Positions 48,956 to 64,000 of a stretch of 64,000 nt of DNA are shown here, piece after piece. This stretch comes from Hormiphora californensis (Eukaryota > Animalia > Ctenophora): contig CM035359.1 of NCBI GenBank assembly GCA_020137815.1, positions 3,348,001 through 3,412,000 on the forward strand. The letters run 5' to 3'. How positions within the stretch are numbered: position 1 is the stretch's first letter; the number at the start of each line of letters is the position of its first letter. The notes under the pieces were generated by a model. The model did no database searches and was not told the DNA's origin. It saw only the letters and a program-made list of their open reading frames with translations. A program made the position numbers and the translations under genes.

Positions 48956-49905
48956 CCCTCCTCTTTCCATCGACCAATAACCCGGCCCAACATACCCTGC
49001 TTCATCAGACGATAACATCAGAGAGTGAGAGGTCCAGTGTCATATCGCTTCGTCCCAATGTTCTCAGTTTTTGAGATCGGACAGAGAGAGAGACGGGAAC
49101 ATTTAGCTGTGATGTGTGTTGAGAGATAACTTTTGTACAAATGTGTTTGGACTGGCATTGTAAATACTCTAGGTGGCCAATCGAGGCCCACATGTCTTGA
49201 TAGAGATCTCCATCAGAGAGAGAGAATTGTTTGCCTAAATTGTTGTTTGTTTTCAGACATGATATGTATCTGTTGTGTACCCTCCCTTGTTCACCCAGAG
49301 AGCTATAAGAGATGTCTCGAGGGCACGAGAGAGCTGTTTATGTGTGTTCCCTTGCAAATGTGTGTCCGACGGAGAGAAAGAGAGAGATACTTTTTCTCCG
49401 GCCCCATTTTAGATATTAGTTAATTGATGGGATCACTTTTTCAATGATTAGAGAGCTATTGTTGGGTTAAGATTCATGATGTTAGAATTGAAAAGAAAAC
49501 ATATCAAAGTAGAGTACATCATGTTTAACCCTGGGTGATATGTAAAAAGCTGAAAGATTTTTATTTTATGTGTTTCTCCAGTCTTTGGAGATGTGAATTG
49601 ATGAAGAAGAAGTGTTATTGGCCTCGCAATATAATAATCCATTAAGTTTCTCAAAAAGAGATTCGTTCACATTTATTTTGACCCACACAGTCAACCGAAG
49701 AGTAATTAAAACTTATGTAATTAAAACCGATGTATTAATTTGAAGAGAGACGTGTATTTATTAGAACAGAACGTATATTTTTACAGCCAAAACCTAAAAG
49801 TAAAACACTGAGAGAGAAAGTTATGATCCTAGTCAATTTGTAAATACTAATATAATTACTACTCCTTTATTGAAAATGCTCACCACCAGGGAACTAGTTG
49901 GAATG

Positions 49906-50014
49906 CAGGAACCGACCGAATCAGGAAATACTGGTCCCTGATTGGCTGATAACCAGTCACGTGACCTAAATAACGAGTTTTGATTGGTTGTTTACTTAAT
50001 CCGGTCGGTTCCTG
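49906..50014. mobile_element. hAT-type MITE (family B)
   Basis: CAGGAACCGACCG TIRs and a perfect 8-bp TSD TTGGAATG. Confidence 0.88.
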
Positions 50015-51642
50015 TTGGAATGATAGTGAGATGAGAAGATTGAGAGAGAAAGTTTTTTGTTTGTGTATTTGTTTAAGAAATTGTCTTTCCAATACAATGT
50101 TGCAATTTTAACTAAAAAATGATCTTGTTTCGTTTTGTTCCAAAGCAGCATAATTTAACTTGTCAGTCGACCCACAGTGAGCTGTCAGCTGCGTCGTGAT
50201 GGGCGATGGTCTCGCTCCGCTCATATGATCAGAGCGATAAGAGTGGCTTTGCAATGACAGCATCTGTCACATATTTGCCATGCTACGCAGTCTGTCTATC
50301 GGCACTTAAGCGCCTCGCTTACGCTCGCCCTTCGGGCTCGCGTAAGCTCGCACCGGGCCTTCGGCCCGGTGTGAGAGCTGACAGACAAGGAACATGTCAA
50401 TCACATATTAGATGGGAAGCTAGGTTCAGCGAGGAAATGCACTGAATCATGCAGAATATAATTATATAGAGAGAGACTAGAGAGAGAGAGAGACACTGGT
50501 ATAAATCAGTGATAAGATGGTCTGTCATTTCGATCCAAAGTTGCATTTCCTCGCAGGACACTAAGTGTGCTGTCAGTGTGAAGTCTTCATACTGACAAGA
50601 ACGAAGCTGCATATTGCATAACAGAGCACTCTTATCTTGATGAGAAAAGTACTTTGTTATGCAGGCAGGCGTTCTTCGATTTGACAAGATAAACTATGTT
50701 GCTTCAATACGGCCCACTACCCTAATTAGTCAACACTCGGTAGTTGGTCAGTTGGAGGGCGAAATCATAAATAATGTTGCCCACCCTACAGCCATGTACT
50801 ACTTCCCAGTACAGATCCTAGTGCCATACTCACCCAATTGGCCTCACAAACCCAACGGCCAACAAACCCACCCCGGCCCCCCGCTAATAAGCGGAACACC
50901 CTATTGCCCCACCCAGTTAGTGGTGAAGGGGAAGGCGGCGCAGGACAGAGTGTACTTGAGGATGTTACCTCTCCACACATGGCCATGTTCTGTCTGGCGC
51001 CGCGACCCATCTGAGCGCACTGTCGAGAATCAAATTGGGGTCTGGCGCCGCCAGACAGGCCATGTTGCATGACCGGGACAGCCTGATAGGCAAAATGCTC
51101 TGACCACGGTTCTCGCGCTGAGAATAGTGTCAGGCCAATTTGCTTTGACACACTGACAGAGCATGACGGGGACAGTCACGTCTTGGAGTCGGTGTCATTG
51201 ATACTGTCAATTAACAGGGCAAACTCGAACCCCCTCCCTCCCCTGTCTTCCCCCGAACAGTCTGCGGCATGTAGACTACAATACAGTGAGATACAAATTG
51301 GACCAGCCTTCTTCCGGCGCTACTAATTAACCCACCTCCCCCTGCATTATTTACCCAGTTTGTGCGAGTGTTTTTGTTTTCTATCACGGCCCATATATAA
51401 TGGGATTTAAGTTTTTCCTATCTCTGGTTCTTATATTCAAGAACGTTTTCTATAAAGCGTCGGCACCCGGAAATGATAGGTTGGAGTTGATTAAGGTATG
51501 AAGTGGTGATCCTTTCTAGCCGGCCTCCTGGACATGAACTGTTTACATTCACATTCGTGATTGGAAATGAATTGGTCCTGCCAATTGGTCTTGCAGGGTC
51601 CCACAATTGCATTTTTTGAAATTTCCTTCAATATATTTTCAG

Positions 51643-53989
51643 GAGGGAAACTCTACCAATGACACCCCAGCTGCTGTTCTTCCCCTAAAATGGAGAGATG
51701 TCAAGTGTACTTGTTCAGCTTCAAACTGTCCATGTCCACTAGAAATAACAGCGTGAGTGGATAAATAGATTGACCTAGGAAACCCTGTCTGGCGGCGCTG
51801 ACCCTATTTGATTGTCATGCTAGTAGCATTGCTACGCAGTCTCTCCATTCGGCCCGGTGTGAGAGCTGACAGACCCGGTGTGAGAGCTGACAGACAAGGA
51901 ACATGTCAACTATTTGAGCGAGAATCAAAACGGCCAACTGGGTCTGGCGTATATGGGATCTTTACAAGCGTTGGGGTTCACCCAGAAAGCTTGTCAACTT
52001 TTTTCTGGGTGACATGACATGAAGCCCAACGCTTGTAAAGATCCCATATGTCATATGAACACCCTGTACAACACTTACAGGCCAGATACGATATGGGTTC
52101 AGCACATCCCATCACGGACCCACCTGAGCCACGGAGTGGTATTCTACACTGAGAAAATGGAGTGGGCCTTCACACTCTACATACGACGGTAGGTACACAC
52201 ACAATCTAGTTGGGTAACTCGGCAAACAAAATCCATAAACATACACTGACCAGTAGGGTGTGCTAAGTGAAAATTTTGTCGACTTGGCCAATAAGTTAAG
52301 GGTAGATATGAAACTATGGACAATTGTCTACTAAATCCTGAAATCGGAATCGGGGTAGTGTATGTCAATTACGTGGGCCAGGCGATTAAAAAAGTTTACT
52401 TTTTTACCGAAAAAAGGTAAATATGTGTGTTTTACACCAGTGTTTGGCATGTTCTTTATATCAACTTTTTATAGACAGGGTCGTGTTCAGCGGTTTCATA
52501 CCGATCAGAATGGATGTGTATCATGAAAGTTAGCCAAAGTTCATTTTTGACCTGAAAATGTTCATTTTGGACCAAAAATGTTCATTTTTGACGAAAAATG
52601 TTCATTTTGGTCATTTTCTTCTATTTTGAGAGCTTTTTCATGAACGGGATCGTGTTCAGCAGGTCAAAATTAGTCGGTTACAACCGGAATTTGCATTCCG
52701 ACAAATAAAATCTTAAAAAGTTAAAATTCGTCTCCACTAATACTGCAAAGTAGGAGAATGTGCAAGAAAAAAAAGATGAAACAAAAAAATATTTCATTAT
52801 AAAATGGAGTTCTGAAGGTGCAGACTGGAAAAAATGGTGGTACTGAGTCTCATGAGGCGATTCATATGTGTGGTTTTTTCGAAATAACGCCCCAAAAAAC
52901 ATTTTTTGATATGAATATGCCCATATATGGGCATACATCGGCCCACGTAATTGGGCCAGGGTAGGACTAAAATTTTTTTACCAAATGTTTTAGAATGATC
53001 GTAGGAACTCATTCTAGGGGTAAACTATGTGAAAATTGGATTTTATTTATGAGTTGGGAAAAATAGCACACCCTACTGACCAGTGACCACTCCTCCTTCA
53101 CAACTATTCACTAGGTGAAATGTGTCCCCACGGCCTATATCTGTAATGCATTGGGCACGTCGCGCCCCCCATGTTCGCGCGCCCGTAGGGCGATCCCCTA
53201 CGGGGCTTGCCTGCTTCGCAGGCAATGTAATGCAGTGCATTGGCCTGATCAGGCCTGACAGGCATATCTCCATCTAACTTCCAACTCTGTTCTAGGTACG
53301 GTTCAGCGGCAGATGTTGCATGTTCAGGGGGAGTTCACTCGGTTACCGAGTTACCCCTTTCATCTTCCCTCGGCAATAAATCCACCACAGTTTGGAAAGT
53401 CAGTGTCTCAAATGATAGTGTAACGATAGGAAATGACACAACATGGTCCCTCCCTGCCCAGTCTTGTGATTATGGAACGGACGATTTAAAGTTTATCGGT
53501 TTTGAGCACCTTCTAGACAGTAAATTTTCAATCACACTCCAAGGTGATAACAGTATGACAGTACTAAATATGACTGTCATTACCGTGACCGCCACATGTA
53601 TCCTACTCCTCTCCCTCTGTCTTCTACTCGGGTGTATAGGTGTTAAAACCCGACTGGTATACAAGGTTAGACAGCTGGTTTGGTGTAACTGTCTTGATTC
53701 TGTACCCGCAACCCTACCCCTTGACTACCAAATGTTATCGGTGAAGAGTGAGGGGATGCAGTACGAGGTGACACATCCTGCTCCCGGGAATTATGCGATC
53801 AATTCCTTGGGAAGGGTACTGCTGCAGAGTCACAGGGTGATAAATAAGGTGAGTGTGAGTGGGGAGTTGGGCATAGGGGAAGAGGAGGAGGGGTGTTGTA
53901 AGGATTTGGAGGAGGGATGTTGTAGTGACCATCTGGTGTGGAAGGAAGAGGGAAACAACACGGATGTGGAAGCTGCCCCTGAGAGGTGA
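51643..53989 (+). CDS. Orphan single-pass (type I) membrane glycoprotein, 5' exon(s) not found
   Basis: Phase-consistent exons 51643-51752 (EGNSTNDTP...KCTCSASNCPCPLEITA), 52081-52188 and 53297-53989. Several N-x-S/T sequons, one hydrophobic helix VITVTATCILLLSLCLLLGCIGV followed by KTR, and an acidic cytoplasmic tail. Confidence 0.65.
52254..53075. mobile_element. Non-autonomous hAT element (822 bp) in an intron of the membrane-protein gene
   Basis: TIR TAGGGTGTGCTA / TAGCACACCCTA and a perfect 8-bp TSD CTGACCAG. Confidence 0.82.
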
Positions 53990-54103
53990 AGTTAAATGGT
54001 AGTGATTTGAAAACTTGATGTGATATGAGAACTTGTAGATAATGATATGATTCGATTTATTTTTCAGTTCTACCAAAAAAGACCTTATTTCATTTGATAC
54101 TAA

Positions 54104-54132
54104 CTAGTAGGCCCGTTCGCCCTACGGGCGAA
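54104..54132 (-). mobile_element. Helitron-like 3' terminus
   Basis: Minus strand reads TTCGCCC-GTA-GGGCGAA hairpin, 8 nt, then CTAG|T; the 5' end was not located. Confidence 0.5.
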
Positions 54133-55554
54133 TTTCGGGGAAATGGTAGCTGGATTAGGGAACGCTGACATCACATGCACCATCCGTTCCTAGCCTATCT
54201 CTCACTTTCTCCCTACCCATGTTGTTGTACGCTCTGGGCTTCCTGACAATTTCAAGGTGCGAATTTAAGAGATCAATGTCATGGAGGTGCAGTGCTGTTC
54301 CAGAAACTCATCACGTGAAAACTTCGCCGCTATGTAGCCGATTCGGATATTTCTATATTCGACTGGAGTAATCACCCTTGGGCGACGTTGGGTAAAGCTA
54401 TCCGTAGTCGTTGTCCGTTGATTGGCTCGCTTGAACACGTTGGCGTAATCTGTCATATTCTCTAGCCTGCTCCCTGACAGCAGCAGATCTTCTGGACCTA
54501 TATAACCGTTGCCGAATAGCGCTTGGGGTGGAAGAGCTAGACATCAGGACAGAAGTAAAAGAATGCACGTGCAGAATTGAATTGGCCCTTGGTACCCAAA
54601 ACTGCATCTGGGAGTGAGGTTTCTAAGTTGCTCTAATAATTGCACGTGCAGGTGTAGTTGCTAGGTGATGTAGCACTGACAATTTGAATAGTAAGTAGTA
54701 TGATGTCCTTCAAGAGTCCAGTCCACTTCTCCCTGTGCTTGCTCAGTATTATTGTGTGGCTCACACCTCGCTCTGTGAGGGTTCAGTAGATCAACAATTT
54801 TATTGCAAGCAAAAGTCCGTTCATTTTTGTGTTCCTTCCCTTTCCAAAAAACTCCCACGCTCTGCGCCACGTGGCGAGATATCTTCTTTCAAAAGAGAAA
54901 TGTCGCCGCGCGCTACAGATAGTCACATGAAATAGTGGGTCAGACACGGGACCGCGACAAGTGAGGCCAGAGGGATCGAGATGGAGAGAAAAAAATATGA
55001 GACCGCAGTATTATGCATAATTATACATTTATACTCCGAAAAGAAGGGTAGAGAAAGAGAGATAGAGAACTGAAGAAATTATTCGGATAGTAAGGGATGG
55101 TGCCGGGTGGGAGTATTCTGCACACAGTCACTTGTTATGTGGACATATTTAAAAGAAGAGGGTCATCTTGTATCCTGTAATGTAATACCAAACACCCGTA
55201 ATGGATATCATTGTCATCTTTTGTGTGGCGGACCAGGACAATAGTGTAGTACTGTACTGTACTACTAGTACACAATATCATTCTTTTCCCCTTTTGATCT
55301 GTCCTAGTGTCATACATATATCCAAAGACCCCGGTCACGAATGAATAAACATCATATTTAAAATGTTTAAGTAGCTTCGCTCAACAACAAAACATACATA
55401 ACTCTACACACACATTGTGCACTCCAAGGTTTTAGATATAACATTCTGATGGGATAAAAACAGTCCCCGGCCCCCATCTTTCTCGTTCCCCGGAACATAA
55501 TTCACTTTCAGGGAGGAATTGGAGTATATATCAGGACCGGGATCTCTTGGGCGA

Positions 55555-58703
<3,149 letters not shown>

Positions 58704-58844
58704 TTTGACTAGACACAAGAAATTGTAATTTATCTGAGAAATAAGAGTGTGTACGAGTAAAAAAGAGGGGTTCAAAAGTGTGAAGACTGGCGAGGCCAGC
58801 GTTAAAATCTGGGTGTTTCGTGAGTGCTGACAAACAGTTTTTCA

Positions 58845-58898
58845 GGGTTAGGGCTAAAGTAGGGTTAGGGTTAGGGTTGGGGTTTGGGTTGGGGTTAG
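58845..58898 (+). repeat. Short interstitial telomere-like (TTAGGG)n tract upstream of AK2
   Basis: GGGTTAGGGTTAGGGTTGGGGTTTGGGTTGGGGTTAG. Confidence 0.6.
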
Positions 58899-59394
58899 AT
58901 CTTGACATTTCCTACCAGATAAACTTTCAATAGGGATCCCTAAAAAAGTTCAGAAGTTACACAGCGTTTACACAGTCTTTACTCAGTCATTACACCCAGA
59001 GCGGCGCGTGCTGCGCGTTTCTTGATTTTCGCGCGGGTTCTTTTTGCGCGTACCAAATACTCCCGCGCAACTAGCAAGTACTGGTTTTAACAATTTGGTT
59101 ACCGCGCGCTACATGAACGTACAGAGCGAGTGTTGAGATACAACTCCCGTTGGCGGCCGTTGTTGTTTCTCTCGCACCAAAGATTGAAGCGACAATTGAT
59201 CATCGCTATTTGCTACCGTCCCAGGCCACTGCACTGTGTAACCACCGATAAATCAATGTTTGTAACAAATTTAAATACGAGTAATTTTGTCGAGTTAATA
59301 GAATTATGCTCATAACAACAATATTAATCACATTACTAAAAGAAAGAGATGTCAGATGGGCGAAGAAGTATTAGTTTTTTATCGTTGTCAACAT

Positions 59395-59626
59395 TTAAAA
59401 TGAGTACGGAAAACAATGAAAGTTCAAATATTTCAAACACTCATTCAAGGGCTTCGCCAGCACAGGAATAATCCCGTTATGACAGGCGACACCCAGAGTC
59501 CTACACACACGGGTGTTCTCTCCTTGTGCCACATTGAACTGTTGCCGTCCACCCCACAGGCCAGTTGGCATCTGCATCGTTACACCTGGAGAAGAAACTT
59601 ATTAGCCAGGCACGGTCAGCAGTCCG

Positions 59627-59721
<95 letters not shown>

Positions 59722-60191
59722 CTCTCTCTCTCTCACTCATTTTCTCTCTCTCACTCTCTCCTCTCTCTCTCCTTCTCTCTCTCACTCTCTGTATGATGTA
59801 ATGTACATCTGTTTATTACCTGGAGGTAGAATATCTGTTATAAGGAACCCTTTATCCACAAGTATTTGATCTCCAGATTGGAACTGCGTTAAAATTCCTG
59901 TCGCCTCCACTATCTGTTTATCGGTTGACCCCCAGGGTTAGTCGGACTGATATAGGTAATTGCACCGCATGGTGCTATTACTATCAAGAATTTCATCGTG
60001 TGATGACCTGCAGAGGGGGTGAACGATTAATTTTTTAACCGTAGCTCCACCCATAACATAACAATTGGATAGGGATTTCAATGTCATTTTTGAAGAAGGG
60101 GTCTTGCAAAAATATGTGACCCTAGTTTTACAACTAAAATACAAAGAGATTCGCTCACCGTCCCTTCAGCCCTTCCCACCCCCCCCCCTAC

Positions 60192-60233
<42 letters not shown>

Positions 60234-60414
60234 CGAACGCGTGGATAAGTAAGGAAATTAGAGATTAGAAGAGTTTAATCTCTTATCAGTGCACTACAGT
60301 AGAAAGATTTGCGGGAATCGCCCTACCCAACCCCCCCCCCCCCCAAGATGTTAAACTCGGAAGATAAGATAAAGGATAAAAAGGAACAGATTAGATTGAG
60401 ATAACAAAGCAAGG

Positions 60415-60506
<92 letters not shown>

Positions 60507-61133
60507 AGACGATGCTGGCGGGGAGGGAAGATAACAGTTGAGTGATTAAACAGTTGCAACAAACTCCAAGTTAGCACACGCCACAAAGTGATACTGATAA
60601 TAATATGGGGACCTATGAAGAACGATCCGTAACCCAATTGTACAGAACCCAGACCCCACATAGGATCGGTCAAACGTTTCAGGGTTTTACCCCTTCTTCA
60701 GCTCAAATTAATTTGATTAAGTGGCGTTGAAACGTTTGAAAAAGTGCTGAAAAGTTTGAAACTTTTTAACACTAAACAAACTAATTTGGGCTGAAGAAGG
60801 GGCAAAACCCTGAAACCCTCAACCAAATCAGTGTTTCGACCTGTCTGAACTCAGAACTGTAATGACCTGTCCCCCGCTAGAAAAATCAATAAACACAACT
60901 AAATAGTATCAGCAGGAACATACCACCCATTTGCTCGTACAGATCTTCATAAAGATAAATTTAAGTATAAGTATAAGTGTACGTAGTAAGATAGTACCAA
61001 GGCTTACCTTTGTACTCCGACCAGAATTGATTTCTTTCTCCATGACGGCCGATTGGTTGTATATTTGCCTGCAAAGAGGGATAGGGAGATAGGGAGAGGG
61101 ACAGAGAGAGGGACAGGGAGAGAGAGAGAGAGG

Positions 61134-61180
<47 letters not shown>

Positions 61181-62500
61181 TAGAGAGAGAGGAGAAGAGA
61201 GAGTTCTAGCTCATCTTTCTGCCGATCTCTATAGTAGCTATAGATTGAACTATCTCTCTCTCTCTCTGAATATCTACTCGAGAACTTATCTCTGGCTCTC
61301 TCTCGATTCTTTACACTTCTCTTTGGGTAGCTTCTCTGTGATCTTTCTCCTTCTCTTCCTTAATTTTGCTCCTCCGCTACATCGGATCTTTCTGCTTCTC
61401 GGTTACCTTACATTTGTTCTGTTCCTCTATTTCAATCTTCTACCTTCGTCTCTACTTCTCTCCTTTCCTCGTCCTCTCTCTCTCTTACTTTCACTTCTCT
61501 TTCTCTCTATCTCTCTTCCTCCAAAATCCCTCTTCCTCTCTTCTCTCTCTCTCTGCTTCTCTCTCTCTCTCTCTCTCTCTCTCGCTCTCTCTCCTCTCGC
61601 TCGCTTTGCTCTCTCCCCTTTTCGCTCGCGTGGGCGTCACTCCTCTCTCTCGTTCTCTCTCTCTTCTCTTTCCTCCTTTTCTCTCCTGTCCGAAACGTTG
61701 TCACTCTTTCTTAAGATAGAAGGAGAAAGAGAAGAGATGATGACTAAGTATTCCGTAGGTGCAAAATAATGAGCTTTGTGCTTCCGTATTTCTTCTAATA
61801 AACCGGGCGAGTTCTTCTTTACCAGTGGCAATGCTAGGATAGGGTTCCAGAACAAAATAGATGACACAACTTCCTAGTCAAGGATCAGAATTGAATTTCT
61901 TTGTCTTCATTAGACGGCGAGGTTGTATACTTTCCTTCCTGGTTGTTGGAGTGTGCTCCGACTATTTTGCATCAGCCTCGCGAGTACTTCGCTCTCTCGC
62001 TATTGTCTTTTTACCTCCAATCATTATATTATGAGGGCATACTGATCTACGTCTATATCGGTATAGAAGAGAGACCTTTATATGCTTTTCCTTTCTCCTT
62101 CTTACCCAATTACTTCTTCTTTCTCTATCTTCTCCCTCTCATCCTCTTTCTTTGCTCCTTCTTCTCTCTATTAAATCTCTGCTTCTCTCCTCTCTCTTCG
62201 ATCTCCATAGTGCCTTCGTCGTTTACCATCTCTCTCTCCCCTCATCATCTCCTCCTTACTGCCTCTCATCTGAGACGAGAGGATGCTGCATCCCGTCTCC
62301 TGATAAACATTGGGCCCCTATTTTTGCTATCGTTTCCTCTCGCTGAATATTACCGTAGCTTATCTTCTTCTCTGTTAACTCCAGCTAACTGGCGAAGTGC
62401 TAGGTTCCAGAAAAATAGATGACAACTTCCAGTCAAGGATTTGGAGCCAGGTTTGCCAAGTGCTCGCTATTTGTGCATCTGACACCAATTACAATGGCAA
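59395..62500 (-). pseudogene. Intron-containing DDE_Tnp_4 (ISL2EU/Harbinger-type) transposase, disrupted or truncated
   Basis: HTH-like VSDAQIASTWQTWLQILDWKL (~62400-62485); exon ~61008-61068 ANIQPIGRHGERNQFWSEYK; exon 60007-59820 GHHTMKFLIVIAPCGAITYISP..STDKQIVEATGILTQFQSGDQILVDKGF; exon from 59585 GVTMQMP..GRQQF..NTR. Two 1-nt frameshifts lie in homopolymers; no RIHVER-like catalytic Glu segment found. Confidence 0.78.
60677..60816. mobile_element. Small MITE nested in an intron of the ISL2EU-like transposase
   Basis: Imperfect ~35-bp inverted repeats TTTCAGGGTTTTACCCCTTCTTCAGC / GCTGAAGAAGGGGCAAAACCCTGAAA. Confidence 0.55.
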
Positions 62501-63252
62501 CAACATCGATAACTAAGAAAACTGGGTTATTATTTATTGTCTCCCGGTAAATCAGGGTCCAACTGTAGCATCCGGAGAACACCTGTCGCCCAATATCATG
62601 ATAATATCTTTCGCTTTCCTTCAAAACCGGGCCGTTTGAAAATTACAGTCGAAGTACATCTTTGATGGGCTATATCTTACTATCATAGGTAGGCTATATA
62701 TACTTATAGCTGTGTATGTACCCAGATTGTAGTCTATCTAGCTAGGGCCTAGGCCTGAGGCCTTGAGAGTTTGAATTGAACGCTTTTCTCAAATCTTTAG
62801 TAGCTTTTCCACAAAAAAATTTAAAAAACCCTATTTTTAGAGCGCACTGAATATTAAAAATTTAGCAGCGTTGTTACCATATTTTTTAGCCGCAGCGCGT
62901 AAAACACTCATGATTGCAGTGAAAACACCAAAACGCGCAGCACGCGCCGCTCTGGGTGTAATGACTGAGTAAAGACTGTGTAAACGCTGTGTAACTTCTG
63001 AACTTTTTTAGGGATCCCTATTAGCCAAAACGGTTGAGTGGTTTGGCGGTTAGAGCCGATTTAGTGAATCAACTTTTTTGGCAGCGCGCACCTGTAAACA
63101 GGCCACCAATCACCCAGATCGTAACGACGCCCGACTGGCGGCTGCAGGATTGGCAAACGTTGCTGGCCCCCAGCGCGGGATAAGGCAGCGCTTTTCAAGC
63201 TGCAGGGTTTCCAGACTCGAATTTTGAATTTTTCAAAACCTTTTTTGAAAAT

Positions 63253-63410
63253 GAGGCCCCTCGGAAATGTTCAAGTCATGCACAATCAAGTCACGCCCAC
63301 CACACTGCACCAATCACAGCTCAGAACGCGCGGAGTGCTTCGCGCGTTCTGAGCTGTGATTGGTGGGCGTGACTTGATTGTGCATGACTTGAACATTTCC
63401 GAGGGGCCTC
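63253..63410. mobile_element. AT-TSD palindromic MITE (family C)
   Basis: Near-perfect palindrome GAGGCCCCTCGGAAATGTTCAAGTCATG..., with AT on both flanks. Confidence 0.82.
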
Positions 63411-63480
63411 ATGGAAAAAATGAGCGTTGGCAGACGTTGCTGGCCCCCGCAGCGCGGGATAAGGCAGCGCTTTCAAAAAT

Positions 63481-63628
63481 GAGGCCCCTCGGAAATGTTC
63501 AAGTCATGCACAATCAAGTCACGCCCACCAATCACAGCTCAGAACGCGCGAAGCACTCCGCGCGTTCTGAGCTGTGATTGGTGGGCGTGACTTGATTGTG
63601 CATGACTTGAACATTTCCGAGGGGCCTC
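63481..63628. mobile_element. AT-TSD palindromic MITE (family C)
   Basis: Second copy with an inverted central loop, AT on both flanks. Confidence 0.82.
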
Positions 63629-64000
63629 ATGAGCGTTGCAGTTTTGAATTTTTTTTGGAGTGGAAAATAAATTTGTTTGCGCTGCAAACCCAACGCGCGC
63701 GAACTTTTAGCGCCGCGCAGCGCGATTGTCTCGATCTCGTTGAAATTTGCAAGCAAGTTGCCAAAAAGTTTGTCGTTTTTTGCAGAAAAAAACTGAAACT
63801 GGAAAAAGTGTAATAAAAGAAGCCACATGCATCTGGCCTAACAATGTCAATAATAGTATATATAAATTGTTTTTGCCTGACTGGCTACACGAAGAAAATC
63901 ACATAAAATACATGCAACAGTTAAAGACTAGTATGTATGGTACAGATCTGATGAAGAGCCATCGTTCTTGTTCCTTCCTCTGTAACCCCGAATAGAACAA

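Larger units (their letters stand above)
58932..63019 (-). mobile_element. ISL2EU-like (PIF/Harbinger-related) DNA transposon, 4088 bp
   Basis: Identical 89-bp TIRs at 58932-59020 and 62931-63019 (AGGGATCCCTAAAAAAG...), AT target duplication on both sides, and internal DDE_Tnp_4-type transposase exons. Confidence 0.85.

Noticed and set aside
58845-58898. Telomere or chromosome-fusion site
   Set aside because: Only a few degenerate units in one orientation.
61200-62400. Apparent duplicated transposase exons and long Leu/Ser ORFs (61053-61769, 61901-62422)
   Set aside because: Garbled copies of flanking sequence plus (AG)n; likely assembly artefact, although 61750-61850 may hide the IIDxTE exon.

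Overview
Eukaryotic (animal) genomic DNA with GT-AG introns, dense microsatellites and several low-quality assembly tracts. The dispersed MITE families resemble those I recall from the ctenophore Pleurobrachia; this is recollection and needs a BLAST check. Most ORF-track entries are repeat artefacts, so I rebuilt genes by hand from splice sites and reading-frame phase. (1) A minus-strand 3-exon secreted precursor (420-4969) with a signal-like segment, furin/dibasic/amidation sites, a repeated aromatic-R-S motif and a poly-Glu tail; candidate novel neuropeptide or granin-like precursor. (2) An 18-exon, ~870-910 aa Gln-rich gene (7721-21056, minus) whose N-terminus aligns without gaps to the Mastermind helix; candidate divergent Notch co-activator. 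(3) Tau-tubulin kinase (25035-48955, plus), head-to-head with gene 2. (4) An orphan type-I membrane glycoprotein (51643-53989). (5) Adenylate kinase 2 (55555-58703, minus). Mobile DNA: an RNase H-bearing non-LTR element inside a (GTGAA)n array, two CR1/L2-type LINEs, a 4.1-kb ISL2EU-like DNA transposon with 89-bp TIRs and an intron-split transposase, pogo-, hAT- and AT-TSD MITEs, and a Helitron end. Minisatellites include a ~31-copy CRE-bearing array.
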